Below are positions 1-12,470 of a DNA stretch of 64,000 bases, in pieces. The first letter of the stretch is position 1. Each line of letters opens with the position of its first letter. Position numbers and translations under genes: made by a program. The stretch is from the NCBI RefSeq assembly GCF_000315625.1, contig NW_005434637.1:254495-318494 (forward strand), given 5' to 3'. The notes under the pieces are model-generated. The model searched no databases, was not told the origin of the DNA, and saw only the letters and a list, made by a program, of their open reading frames with translations. This stretch comes from Guillardia theta CCMP2712. Its lineage: Eukaryota > Protista > Cryptophyta.

Positions 1-29
1 GAACTCACAACCTTGTCTCCTCCAACGGG

Positions 30-419
30 GTGCATCTGTCACGTAGGCGGGGATCTCAAGCGACCACCGGAGTATCCCAAAAGGTCGATCGCAAGGTCAA
101 TCATAAATCGTCAGACCTGACAGAGATCAATCGTCAACTTCAACAGTCAGACCTGACAGAGATCAATCGTCAACATCAACAGTCAGACCTGACAGAGATC
201 AATGATCAGCGTTCATCTGTTCCCGAAGAGATAAAGCAAGAGAATGAAGTCAAACGAGTCATCGAAACCTCCCAGGTCAGCTTGGAGACACAGGATGTGC
301 ATATGAACATATCGGCGCACCCCATGCTCGACACCCCCAAGGGCCCTGTGAATCAATTCATTGATGGTCTAGTGGAAGGAATTCTCAGTATCGGCAAGTC
401 AGTGAGAAGTTCTGCATAG
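30..419 (+). CDS. 3' part of a hypothetical protein (probably starts before the window) with three 12-aa repeats SDLTEINRQxQQ
   Basis: Open frame ending at TAG 417-419. Contains a 36-bp tandem repeat in frame. The ORF-track start is GTG, so the true start is not identified. Confidence 0.5.
   Translation: MHLSRRRGSQATTGVSQKVDRKVNHKSSDLTEINRQLQQSDLTEINRQHQQSDLTEINDQRSSVPEEIKQENEVKRVIETSQVSLETQDVHMNISAHPMLDTPKGPVNQFIDGLVEGILSIGKSVRSSA
111..203 (+). repeat. 36-bp coding tandem repeat, about 2.6 copies
   Basis: tcagacctgacagagatcaatcgtcaac(t/a)tcaacag starts at 111, 147 and 183. Confidence 0.9.
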
Positions 420-508
420 AGTGAATTTTCGCAACTCAGTATCGATAAGTCAGTGAGATGTTAGGTGTAGATTGAAAGTTTGTAAAGAGTATTTACGACA
501 AGGAAAGT

Positions 509-2058
509 TCATCCGAGTCCGTCCAGGTCATTGCTATCCTCCTCATACGATTTGAAGACCCCTCTCATAATCGGGTGTCCACCCATGGATTCCTGTTGCG
601 GTACAGCTCACTGGGCAGGTCTCAATGTCAACCAACACGCACCTTCTTTTCATTCTCTATCTTGATCTGCGCCTGTTTCGAACGACACATGTTAGAACAG
701 GTAAGATGTTCCAAGGGCCCTTACGTTGACCCGCCACAGTTCTCGCCTTAGGGTATTGTCCGAAGGATGCTTCGCTAAGGATCGTTTGAGTATAGCTGTG
801 GCTTTCTCGTACTGACCCTGATTGCCGTCGGTCAGTTGCCGATCTCCGTAGGCTAATCCACCAACCTCTTTTCTCAAAGTTCTGCTGAAATACGCTACGG
901 CGTTCAGATTTTCTGGATCGATGCGCAGCGCCTAATCAAGTATGCAGCCACTCAACGAACTTCTGTCCATCACCATGGGACTGAATTGACAGACCTTTCT
1001 ATAAATCTCCTTAGCAAGCGCATAGTTTTCAGCCCAATCCTTCAGATTCCAATCAGACCTTCGAATGTAACACCTCCCTTCACCTCCATCAGAGCCCCGA
1101 AGTTGAGCAGCACATGCGCGTTGTTTGGCTCCAACGTCAAGGCGGTTGTCAGGAGCTTGGCAGCTGCCGCACCTGCCGCCTTCTCTCTGTCTTCCTCCCT
1201 GCTGCAGTCTCCTCCGCTTCCAAAGTGCTGCACTTCCATAGAAATCCTGCATAGTTGCACATATTCGGCACATTCTGTGGGTCTGGAAAGCGCTCACGAT
1301 CGCAATCGACATAGAACATCGAAATGACCTAGTGCAAGGGCCATGTTGTAGAGCCTGCTTGCTTCCTTCAGATGACACGTCAGGTCATGGACTGGCATCA
1401 TGATGAAATTACCGTTCTGTTCACATTTTCGATCAGAGACGCTAGGTTGTTTATGGTGGTGGGATTCTTCGGATTTATCTCAATTGACCGTCTTTGTTTC
1501 AATCACGTGTTAATGACTTAATCAATTCTTCTTCATCATCGATTCCGACCTGTACATAGCCTCTGCAATCTGTGCGTTGTTGAGCAAAGTCTCTGCATAC
1601 AGACCGTAGGTTGCTATCAATTCAGGGGAGTCTGGAGAGTTGGCGAGAGCGTCGTCAAGAATGCGCAGCACTTCCGTCTTGTTCTTCTTGACTTGCAGAG
1701 AAGCCTGAGTCAGGGCGATCACACTTGCCGGGTCTGCTGGATTCATCTGCACGGCTCTTTCAAACGCTGTTAACGCTGGTTGAGCGCCATGGTCAGGTCA
1801 GGAGAGAAACAATGTCGTGCTCGGACCTTCGACATGCATCCCCTTGCGTTTCAGTTGCATTCCCTTCTCTCTCATGAAGGCGCTCTGTTCAACCCGAACA
1901 GAGCCGCCACGCTGTGCGCTGAGCAACAGAAACAATGTCGCGAAAATTGAAAACCTGTTCGCCATGCAACGAGGCTCGTGCTGCGTGTCCTCTTCTTGTC
2001 TCTGCTCGTCCCTACTTATGCCTCTGTCTCCTGCTCTCCTCTTCCTTCGTCTAGCCAT
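509..2058 (-). CDS. Multi-exon TPR-repeat protein with an N-terminal hydrophobic segment
   Basis: Exons give TPR-type helices: AVQMNPADPASVIAL, ALANSPDSPELIATYG, ALTLEPNNAHVLLNFGALM, ALRIDPENLNAVAYF, SLAKHPSDNTL. Hydrophobic FSIFATLFLLL near the start. Last exon ...YEEDSNDLDGLG*. Start could alternatively be the ATG at 1965. Confidence 0.75.
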
Positions 2059-2176
2059 GCTTCTCCCCCCTCCTCCTCCTCTCCTCGACTTGTCAGTCCT
2101 TCCCCTCCGTTGTCCTACGAGCCAACGAGCAGACTCAACGGGTTCTGAGGCAGCCTTATTAAAAAACTGTCGGGAG

Positions 2177-3410
2177 ATGGCGAGGAGGGCGGTGGTAGGC
2201 TGTCTCCTGGCGCTGGTATGCTTGAGGGGGAGCGAAGGGCAGCTCAAGGGCAGTATGCAGCATGCTTGTTTCGCAGCTTTATCACAGTCTCTTCCCCGTC
2301 CTCCTCGCCATGCTGCAATGGGGGTCGACGTGACCAGGCCTCCCCGGCGAGCTCAAGGGATTGTTGCTACAGGGAGGTCAGCAAGGACGGACGTGAGGAT
2401 GCTGTCGACCTGGTTTGACGTGCGGGGAGTGAAGTCTTCGGATTCTTCAAGGCTCTTCGCCATCGCCCAGGAGCTGCAGGTGAAGCCTCCGCTCCTCGCT
2501 CCCAAGTGGGTGTGGAAGATGGCGTGGGAGACGTTCCGCGTCATGCTCAAGGCGCTGCATGCGTTTGACCCGCTGTCAGCATGGGACAATCACTTCAATC
2601 TCTCTGTGCTATGGTGGAAGGCGATCGCAGGCAACACTCGAGGGTCCAAGGTCGCTGACGGCGGCATAGCATACGACATGCTCCCTGCACTCACGCGGTG
2701 GATCGTTGGATGGCCGTTGTGTCTCCTCTTTCCTCGGCTGCACCATCAGAATGTAGCGATGAGAACCTCGTTCTTGAGCAGGGAGTGCGACCTTGTCATC
2801 CGCGAGAACATGGAGAAGAAGCTGAGCACGAGGATGGTAGTTGTAGGTGCGGGTTTTGACACCCGCGGGTTTAGCACGCGGGGGATAGAGCGAGTGATCG
2901 AGATCGATCTACCAGCTGTTGCCTCGTTGAAGCAGAGGATGCTACACGAGCGTCTCTTCAAGAGACGACCCTCCCTGCGGCAGGTTCACTACACCTCCAT
3001 CGGGGTAGACCTGAATCAAGTGGAAAAGTTCGAACGACTTCTTGAGGAAGCGATGGCGAGCGAGTCAGGGGCGACAAACTGCCACACCATCTTCGTCTTC
3101 GAGGCTGTCTTGGCGTATCTCGACGAGGGTGTGGCAGAGAGACTGCTGGGGGCGTGCAGGAGGGTGGGGTCGAAGCACAGCGACTCGATCTCCCTCTGCT
3201 TGGCTGATAGGCTGCCTCTCTCACGGTAAGGCTCCTCCTCCGAGCTGTAAAACTTTCTGATCCGGGTGCTGCTGCTCCAGGGGTGAAGACAGAGAAGCGG
3301 CCGCGAGTCTGCTGGCGGGGTTGGGGTTTGAACTGGGAGCATGGATGCCGAAACCTGGGATAGCGCGACACATGGCGTCAGCGCGGGGCAGAGGAGGGGG
3401 CGAGGAGTAG
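2177..3410 (+). CDS. Leucine-carboxyl-methyltransferase (LCM) family SAM-dependent methyltransferase with a signal-peptide-like N-terminus; one intron at about 3226-3280
   Basis: Motifs MVVVGAGFDTR, IEIDLPAV, GVDL and FVFEAVLAYL are typical of the LCM family. A GT..AG intron leads to the exon GEDREAA...HMASARGRGGGEE*. Confidence 0.85.
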
Positions 3411-3512
3411 GAGGGGCAGCATGGTAGGTGACACGTAAGAATAAGACTGACTGCTTTCATTCGTCGACCTGCTTTCAGTCACAAGGGGGCGATTGCTTCC
3501 CAGTGGAGAGAG

Positions 3513-6500
3513 TCAGGAGATCCCAAAGTTGTCCATCCCTTCCACCACAACCCGTTGGAAGGCTTGAATCAAGTCATCCCGAGTTTGATACTCGGGTAGT
3601 ACAATCTCTGCAAAGCAAGCTGAAGAAAAGGGTGAGAAGGCATTCGAACATCTCTCTCACATTACTGTGCGCGGTTGGCAGCCTCGGAAGTGGCAGCTCT
3701 GTCTTGCAGATCCGAAACTTGTTGGGCATGCGACGGAAACCTCCGGCAGGGGGGCGAGACAGCGCGCAGGAGAATTCTTGAGCAGTTCTTGTCAGTCCGA
3801 TCCACAACAGCAGCATCGTCTCACTGAGGACACAACATCTGAACTCGTTGCTCGCCTGCTCCAACATCTCGAAGAACCACTTGACGACGTTGTCACTTGC
3901 CTTCCAGCCTACCAACTCTGTGTGCTTTCTCCAATCATCCACATCAACCTCGCACGTTCCACTGATGATCTGCAGACAAGGTCATCGGAACGTGAATCTC
4001 TGCTGCAATGACATCACCGTAGACAAGTCTTCTACAGTGATGGCTTCATACACGTTTGAGGGGATGCAGGAGTTGAAACCTTCGCGCATGGCGCGGAGCT
4101 GCTGCCGAACAGCTCTTGTTGTCCTGCAACTGACCACAAGCGACACAAACTCGTTCTTGTTCGTTTCGTTCACATACATCGCCTGACCTGCGGTCAGTGT
4201 GAGTGGGTAGAGCAGGTCATGGCACAGCAGGGAAGCTGCCGCTGTACCTCCTGGTTTCAACGGGATCTCATGGACCTTGCCATTGCTTTCCATGCAGTGC
4301 TCAAAGGTCAAGTTGAGATCTTTCACAGGGTTGTTCACGATCCACTTGAGGTTGCTGTGAACTTCCTTGTCGACCTCCTTCAAGTCCTCTAGCTCCACCG
4401 ACTCCCCGAGAAAGAACTTGAAGATGCTGCGCTACTTGTCAAAATGAGCTCTCCCACCCCACCTGCCGTCTACCTCCTGGTCAGCGTGAAACCGACGGCC
4501 ACGTCATAGAGGGCAGCGAACGCCTGAGAGCAAGTCAGCTGGACGCCTGCTGGGCTCTCCTTACCAAGAATTGACCGCAGAATCGAAACACTCGAAGGTG
4601 ATCGCCGAGGTGATAGATCCTGTTGCTGCTGGGGTCGATCTCAAGGCAGCAGCCGCTGGGAGTGACCCGGAAGAAACCAGCCGAGGGGTCAAAGAGCTGA
4701 GAAGACACTACCTGGAACCACCTGGTCGGGGAGGAGGCTCAGAGCAGCAAGGCAAGAGGAGGGGCTAGGTTGCTCACTCTCTGGTGACTCCATGACCTGA
4801 CGCTGGTTCTCCCTCAAACCTCACGTTCAGTCCTGCGACCTGCATGAGGACCTGACAAGTAAGAGCCCAGTACTCACTGACTCTCGGGAGGCTGCTCTGA
4901 TGCCTGAAGGCCAGCATGCTATCCCTCAGGGCCTGACTCCTCCTGCAGATGATCCGAAGCCCTGGGAGAGTCTCGGACGACATGCCCCACTCTATGCCCT
5001 CCCCTTGGTTCCCCAGCTCGGTGAGGGCGAAGTTTGCGGCCCGGTGCCTGCGAGAAGAGAAGGTGAGGAGAAGGAGGCAGAAGAAGAGTGGGCGACCTGA
5101 AGATAGCAACTCGAGTCTCGAAGCTTGTAATTAGAAGCTTCTGGTACTCCTGCAAGCTTGCGATGCTGTTGGAGCTCATGTCCGAGTGCAGGACGAAGTT
5201 CAAGGGCCCGTTGGGGTCGCAGAGCCCTGGGTTGAACTCGATGTATCTGTTGATGATGTCCTTATGCCACAAGATCACGCTCATGAAGTCGAGCGGGCAG
5301 AAGGTTTGGAGGAGGCGCTTTGTGAGGCAGGGCATGCCTGTTGTGTCGAAGGAGGAGGAGGAAATGTTCGCGATCCGACAGCAGTCGATCAGGTAGGGAG
5401 CTCGGAGAAAATGTTTCGATCTGATCATCCTGCGGTTGCCTGTCAACATGTCAGCGACTACGAGGTTGTCAAAGTCCATCGCACCGGGCTCGTCGATCAG
5501 CGACTCTTCTGTTCGCAGCAGTTTGTTCAAGGCAACCAAGTAGGAAGACCTGTAGACGCAACCAACATGAGGCAGACCTCCAAGTTGTAACGCTACTGAC
5601 AAGGTGTTGAGGAATTCGCTTCTCTGAGAGTCAGACAGCTGACAAGACAGCTTGTTCATCCTCCACGATCGCATCATTTGCATCTGCGTCAGGTGATGGT
5701 ACAAGATACTCTCGTCGAAAGCCTCGTGAATTCTCCCAGTCGCTTCCAGACTGGCGAGCGACGCTACCATCTTCATGTACTTCAGACCCGCGTCGAGCAG
5801 CGACTGTGCCCCTTCAGCCTCGCACACTCGTTAACATGTTTTTACCTGCGACATGCGCTGGATCGCGCTAGAGAGCATGCTTGTGTTCTTCTCGCACTGC
5901 ATGCAGAGGGTGCGCAAGACGCATCGCTGGCAGGCGCGTCAAGGAGTCGTCGGATTCTCAGCTCATCACTCACAATCTCCTCTTGCCTGCAGCCGTAGTT
6001 GTCGAGGTCCACCAGCTGCTCCAGGAGGCATGTGATGGTTCCAGGAGCAAAGTCTCTCAGGTTGCAGTGGAAGGTGAAGGAGGAGGAGGAGGAGGAGGAG
6101 GACTGTTCAGCGCAAGCGTTCTCGTCGTTGTCATCCTTGCACTCCTTGCTCGATCCTGACGACCTTCGCATGACCTCAGAGTACGTGTGCTTGCTGTCAT
6201 CCAAGAGCCGGGGGTAGCACTTTGACAAGATCTTGTGTATCATCTTCAGCACCTGCGGCAAACCTGTCACCAACTGTCGGCATAGCAGAGGTGTTTCCTT
6301 TGCGCAGATCTCGTGATGTCCCTCGGTCATGAAGACCCGCTGAGCTGCTAGCATTCTTCGGATGAAGTCATCGATCGCGTTCACTTCATGTGCGAATCTC
6401 GTGTAGAAAGGTTTCAGCTGTACTTCATCAGACGTGAGCGTCTTCAGTATCAGCAGGATCTTGCTGTGATGGCCTGCTGTCTCGGTCTTGGGCATGAAGA

Positions 6501-7157
6501 CAGTTGTGATTTCGTTCTCAAGGATTAACATCAGGTTGCTGCCTCCCTCCGACGTGCGGCACAAGAAAGACAGGAGCTGCTGGGCATGTTCCTTCACGTC
6601 TGATCGTAGCTTGTAGTTGGTCGTGATGTTGACAAGCGTCTCCACTGCTCCGAGATGGACAAGTTTCGACCTCATGCTGATGGCTGGGACGATGGTAGAG
6701 GAGCTCTTGTGATTCATGATGACCTTTCTCGCCTCTTCTACTCCTACCTCGATGCAATCTGCACTTTTGGAGTTCATCAGAAGTATTATCGGTAGCCCAT
6801 CGCACTCTATCTTCGCTGCCCCTGCGTGACTTGTGAGTCTTGCCTATCACTCCTCCTCCTCCTTCTCCTTCTCCTTCTCCTTCTCCTTCTCCTTCTCCTT
6901 CTCCTTCTCCTCCTCCTCCTCCTCCTCCTCCTCCTCCTCCTCCTCCTCCTTCCTCACCTGGCGCTCTCGCCTGCACCATCTTGCTCAACGACTTGCAGAG
7001 CCTCTCGTACTCATCACTTCCGGGAAGATGTTTGGTCATCTCGTCCATGATCTTCACGCAGACCGTCACGCTTGTCAAGAGTCAGTCAGTCAGTCACCTC
7101 AAGGGCAGTCGGCGAAGTCGCTCCTTCCTGCCTCCGCCGCTCCAGCGCCGCCGACAT
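3513..7157 (-). CDS. HECT-domain E3 ubiquitin ligase with an ARM-like N-terminal region (multi-exon)
   Basis: VRFEGEPASGHGVTRE, LEDLKEVDKEVHSNLKWI, IPLKPGG, VNETNKNEFV, DDWRKHT, VVKWFFEML. The spliced C-lobe reads LPTAHTCFAEIVLPEY...GMDNFGIS* and contains the catalytic Cys. Start codon is tentative. Confidence 0.9.
6850..6955. repeat. Polypyrimidine microsatellite (CCTTCT)n(CCT)n, representative of many similar tracts (e.g. 7557-7700, 16900-17015, 19790-19950, 20600-20750, 57960-58020, 59290-59410, 62900-63120, 63855-64000)
   Basis: Directly visible simple repeats. They produce the poly-L/P/S/E/G shadow ORFs in the track. Confidence 0.95.
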
Positions 7158-7351
7158 GCCCAGGTCGTCGATCGTCAGCCCAGCCGACGAGTCAATACGA
7201 AATCGAACAAGAGTCAACTTGACCGCTTTCGAAAGCATGGAGGGTGACAGATCGGTCCAGGGCGAGGGCACGATATCAGTGAGCCCTCGTCGACATCCGT
7301 GCCGTCGAACGGGGGCTGTCAGTCGGGACAGAGTTTGACTAGGCGGCACCA

Positions 7352-7455
7352 ACGGCGTTTCATTCATCTCGCAACAACAGGGAGGAGTAGGACGAAAGGT
7401 CGCTGACGGCGTTTCATTCATCTCGCAACAACAGGGAGGAGTAGGACGAAAGGTC
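7352..7455. repeat. 54-bp direct tandem duplication (2 copies)
   Basis: acggcgtttcattcatctcgcaacaacagggaggagtaggacgaaaggtc at 7352 and 7406. On the minus strand it would encode TFRPTPPCCCEMNETP twice. Confidence 0.9.
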
Positions 7456-7479
7456 CTTTCTTTGCTATGACTACAGGGA

Positions 7480-7564
7480 GACTCGCTCACGCGTGAATTC
7501 TATCGAAGGGAATCGGTACCTCGTGCATGCCATGTCCTGCATCCAACAAGTCACAACTCCTCCT

Positions 7565-7612
<48 letters not shown>

Positions 7613-9683
7613 CCTGCTCCTGCTCCTGCTCCTGCTCCTCCTGCTCCTCTTTTCACTCTTCCTCTCCTCCTCTCCTCTCCTGCTCCTGCTCCTCTCCCTC
7701 CTCCATGGAGAACGACCTGAAGTTTCCATGTCGTCGTGATCGTTCACACGCGGTGCAGGCAAGCCAGAGATCGGGAGGCGGGCGTGCGAGTTCAACCCGC
7801 TTCCGTTGGGCAGCCCCCCCTCTTCAGCCGTCACGTTCTACCAGCCACGTCATCATCCGACAGCGCAAGGACCTTCGCTCACCTGACCCGACAGCTTCTG
7901 CTTGCACCAATCCTTCCACCCCAACCCCAGGGTCGAGTCCAGCTCGTCCTCGTTGTCCTTCAGGTTCTCGACCACCTGAGAAGGGTCAGCCTCGAAGACG
8001 AGAGACGAGCAGTCGTCACCGAAGAGCAGTAGGTAGTCCAGTCCATGCCGTCTTCATCCCAGGTCGAAGGAGGAGGAGGAGGAGGAGGAGGCTGGAGACG
8101 TTTCCATGCTTCGCTTCCGTGAATGTTCTCACAGAAGTTTCTTCCCGGAGTGAACTCGCACTCATCTTGATACCAAAGTTGACATGCTGCGTCATGCTCT
8201 GACACTTTCTGTATGGACGGGCATCTGTTGTATCGATGAAACCTGAAGAGGAAAGGTGTGGGTGGCACTTCAGACGAGAGGAGAAAGTTTTGCACCCTTG
8301 TGTTAGTCTCTCAACGTCATCCTCGCATGCATCGCACATGCACTTGATGAAGCTGCTTCAAAGATCAACATGTCGAACGGGTCAAGAGCGTCCCCGGGAC
8401 CACTCACTCGTGCATCGGCTCACAGTAATTTGATTGGGCGTCATAGCTCTGTCTGAAGAATGTCTTGCACTGATAGTGCACCGTCACATCACGATCTCCC
8501 GCCCGACTGATGCTTACCTCGCGCTCTTTGTCGCGCTTGAACTCAGTCTTGCACGTGCCATCGTACGTCATCCATTCCTTGACATCGTTATGTCAAAACT
8601 CCACACGATTACCATGTACAACGCATACCGTCTTGTCATTCAGCATGGACTGGGCGATTCCGTACCGAGATTGACCCAGTGCAGGTGACAGGATCGCAGG
8701 GCACCTGGGACATGTCAGGTTACCGTCTCATCGACTAAAACTTTTCATGTACCAATGTGAATTCAATTCATGAGTGCAGATAGTCGAAAAGAGTCCATGG
8801 CATCCATGACCAGGAGGAAAATTTTGGTTGCCAACCTTACAAGGGCAAATGAATGTGAGTAGAAGTTTCACACAGATGCTAAAGATCGAACCAAAGAAAC
8901 AAGGTGACAGTGAGAGTCTTTTCTCATCTGTTCAATCACAAGTTTTGCTTTGCTGTCTTGTGTCCAGTATCTGAAATCAAGCAAGAATGAGCTGACGACC
9001 GCTCAGTTGCAAACGGTTCCTGTTGTCCCAGTACTTGAGAAGGGTCGGATCGCAGGCCCGGCATGCACACTGAATCTCATATCAACATGGAAACATTCAA
9101 ACAGCACAATGCATTCCAACCTGAAAGGGAACTTTGGCGTTGGAACAAAAGTAATGAGCAGATTCTTCATGGTCAGCTCTCAAGAGCGCCTCGGCTTGTG
9201 CTTTAGGGATATTTTGCTCACTTGCCTGCAGGATGTTCAGGTTCAAATGAAGCAACAGGATCTCTTTACAAGGAAATCAGCGTAGCAGTCATAGATCTCT
9301 GTGATGTTGCAGGCAGGAGGAGGCAGCTCGTTGGATTCACCATACGGCGGCTCGTCGCCTCCACTAGCAGCTTCATCCCCCGCAAGGATCGATCGCTGCA
9401 GGTGAATCTTTCTTTGCCGGCTCTCCGCCTCCCCGTCTATGCTCCTGTGAAGCTGCACCAAATTTCTCATGTTCCTCTCCTTGGATCTCAGGCTTCGCAT
9501 GAATTTTGCGGCTCTGGCAGCGTCGTCCACATGATCCTGCTCGCTATACCTGTGACGCAGAGGTCTGACAAGAAGCTCGTCCGCATCCGAAACGAAACTG
9601 AGGACGGCAATCATTGCTAGAACTCCTGCTGTGCACATGAGGAGGACAGGGAAGAGCCATGTCCCCTTCAAGGAAGCAATCAT
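7480..9683 (-). CDS. Secreted or membrane-anchored cysteine-rich protein split into many micro-exons; 3' end uncertain
   Basis: N-terminal hydrophobic segment (WLFPVLLMCTAGVLAMIAVLSFV). Short GT-AG-bounded exons encode CNITEIYDCYADFL, HYFCSNAKVPFQ/CACRACDP, GCHGLFSTIC, CKTFF..NYCEPMHD/FIKCMCDACED, ACQLWYQDECEF and a poly-Pro stretch. Confidence 0.65.
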
Positions 9684-10104
9684 CTCTTAGATGATCGCAG
9701 AACCTGGAGAAGGAAGCCTGAAAACATTCGATTCAGCCTCAGTTACAGAGAGCAAGTGATGGATGATGAATGAAATATCTTTGATATTGAACAAGGTGGG
9801 AGATCCTGTTCATAATTGCTGACGATACTTGTCATTTGCTTTCGTCTATCTTGAACTTGCATTTCCTGCTTTTTCTCCTCATTTCATTTACAGCTGTAGA
9901 TGCTCTTTCATTCATGAACATAGGACCTTACAGCGACGATTCACCTCAATCTGTTCTCCTCAATTCTGTTAACCTCATTTTTCTTCTCCCCTTCCCCTCC
10001 CTCCTCCCCCCAACTGCACCAATTCCTTGACCATCGCCAAGAGTCATTCGCTTTAAAAAAAAGTCATGTCAAAACCTCGTCCCCTCTTCCCCACTCACAC
10101 CCAA

Positions 10105-10340
10105 TCGACCTGGGGGGCCGGGGGGCCTGGTCCACTGCGGCCTCAGGCCAGAGTCCAGGCCAGAGTCCAGGCTGCCCACTGGGCTTCTGCGACGTGCCCG
10201 AGGCTGGCCTTCCAGCGAGCAGGAGGCTAACTGAGAATCGGTAGAGTGCTTCAGGCAGCAGACAGCACTGATCGTGTTCAAGGTGTTTATTGGGCGTAAC
10301 GTCGAGAGAATGACCCCGCCGCTCACTGGCTGACTCGAGA
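10105..10340. repeat. Intergenic GC-rich island with a short internal repeat (aggccagagtcc x2)
   Basis: Abrupt GC rise, ggggggcc x2, CACTG/CTGAG words. Resembles the other GC islands in this window. Confidence 0.5.
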
Positions 10341-10354
10341 GGCTCGCACAGTTC

Positions 10355-12360
10355 TTATATCATACTTACACTAGAAGGACGTGAGATCGAGATGTCTGCG
10401 TTGATTACTGGCATGATTTTAGTTCTTGTAATGACCTTTGAGTAGCTGCATGTTCAAGCAATCAGGAAACAGCGATCAGAGTCAAATGCCAGTCGAAAAT
10501 ACCTCGGTCCATCCCTTCCTTGCATCTTCAAGTTGCATTCACTGCCAACCTCTCCTCGGAGCAACAAGCTCGCCTGGTCCCATATCAGTACGCACTTCAA
10601 GTCAGTCACACACGATACGCACAAGGGTGACCGTAAGGTCTTTTGCCGCTCGCCCGTTGATTTCAAGCACCACATCACCAACCTGTTGCCATTGAGAATA
10701 GATCAAGTTCTTTCTCATTCGTTTTACCTTGATTCGTCCATCAGCTTCTGCAGCAGAACCAGAAATGATGTCAAGAACGTAGATCTCATCATCATCCTTA
10801 TCTAGCACCAGCCCCACTGTGCCCACGTTTTGGCCTGGTGATCGATCTTGGCTGTCATCAGCAGACCTGTCGACAATCTTCTGAGAAGCCTGGGAATTGA
10901 GAAATCTGTTCTCTTGAGTGAGTCGCGAGCATTCTGCCTCCAGACGTATGATGGATTGCTCGAGCTGACTGATTCTGGAGTCACGATCGAGAACCGTCTT
11001 CTGCCAGGACTCAATCTTCTCATTCCACATTCGAGAAGAAAAAGCAGCCATGTCTGTTTGACTCAGTCTCGATCTTGCCTCAGCAAGTTCCTTTTCGCAT
11101 GCTTTGTGCTTGTTCTTCCATTCCTCAATTAGCCTTTCTGCTTGCTTGACCCCGTCAGCTGTAAAACAGACGCATCAATCTTGTGAAAGAAGGTCTCAAC
11201 GGAACGATCACCTAGTTTCTGATTTTCTACCAAAATATCGTCGCTGTTTACATACTTCTTTTGCCACTCAGTGACGTGCTTCGTAAGTGTTCCGTTACTC
11301 TGAGTCAACAGCTCAATGCGAGCCTCGAGATCGCGCTGCACGACTTCGAAGTTCGAATATTGAAGCTTGTACTCGGAGAACTCTGAGTTCAAGGAGTGGT
11401 ACTTGTTCTGCCATTCGGTTGCGTTGGATACAATATCACGTAGCCTCTCCGCAGTATCGATCGAATCTTGCTCAGCCTTCCTACGAGCCTTAGCCTCGCT
11501 CTCTGCCCTAACTTCGACTATTTCTTTCAACTTCTTGGCACTACTGAGTTCAGATTGGAGCGCAAGAATTACGCGATCCTTCTCTGCAACCTGTTGCTCC
11601 ATGTCTCGGACCGAGTTCTGAAGCTGAATCGCGTTTTGCTCCATCTGCAGTATGGTTTTCTCAGCTTTCTGAACCTTCTCTTCTGCAGCATGCATGGACA
11701 AGTCTGTCATATTTCGCATTTGTTCAATTTTGCGCTCCGCCTTCTCAAGATCATCTTGAAGTCCCTCCGCGATTGCATAGATGGTCCTTTCATCGATCAG
11801 CTCGTATTGGCCGATGAGATTTTCTCGTATCCTGAAGGAGGAGCCCTGCTTTCAACCCTCATCCTCTGCCAGCATCGCCTGCCAACACCGTACCTCGTTT
11901 ATTTCTGACACGTACAAGTTGTTGGAGCCGTAGATGATGTCTTCCACCTGCTAAATGTCACAACGAGCATTGAACAACTCCCTGAAGATAGCACCAGACC
12001 GCCATCCCAGCAAACTGAGCAAGCAGAAACGTCAAACATAACCGTACATCAGACGAAAGAAGCGGACCTTGGACCGTTGTGTCATTCACTGCTGTGACTG
12101 TGCCGATACCATGCTGTCTTAAATGAGGAGCCATGGTAACTCGCATGCCTTCCATTGGCGGAATGTCCTTTCCGACCTTTCCAGCTATCAACAGGGCAAA
12201 ACAGGTGACAACAAAGTCTTTTACGCATTTCGAAGGAATGAAAGTCTGCCCGGAACTCTGCTAGCATGGTGAAAACCAATGGAAAGGTGTGAAACAATGA
12301 GTACCACTACACCAACAGTCCCCATCGGCCCTGACTGCATGATATCATTTCCCATCATGG
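10355..12360 (-). CDS. Coiled-coil protein with a C-terminal PDZ domain (multi-exon); start uncertain
   Basis: Long E/K/Q heptad region (11020-11760). Spliced PDZ: VGTVGLVLDKDDDEIYVLDIISGSAAEADGRIK/VGDVVLEING...LLRGEVGSECNL. Stop TAA at 10355-10357. Confidence 0.8.
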
Positions 12361-12470
12361 CTTTCACTGTACATTGAAGCAGAAGTTAGCTAGCCATTGT
12401 TGCACAACTAAATCATGTTGATTGATGACTCTACACGGCTATTGGTCATCATGTAAATTTGGGAAAATCG

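Noticed and set aside
1817-2176. N-terminal 120 aa of the 470-aa ORF
   Set aside because: It starts at GTG and overlaps the divergent TPR gene. The ATG at 2177 gives a plausible signal peptide.
7352-7455. Direct repeats as a possible CRISPR array (also 111-203 and 57358-57510)
   Set aside because: Only 2-3 abutting copies, no unique spacers, no cas genes, eukaryotic context.
6826-7739. Poly-Leu/Pro/Ser/Gly-Ala ORFs in the track (also at 16800-17400, 19600-20860 and 59500-60300)
   Set aside because: They are translations of microsatellites in introns or intergenic DNA, not proteins.
8016-8700. Cys-rich segments as a CxC/KDZ transposase remnant
   Set aside because: No DDE/KDZ catalytic motifs or terminal repeats. 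The exons connect to a signal-bearing N-terminus.
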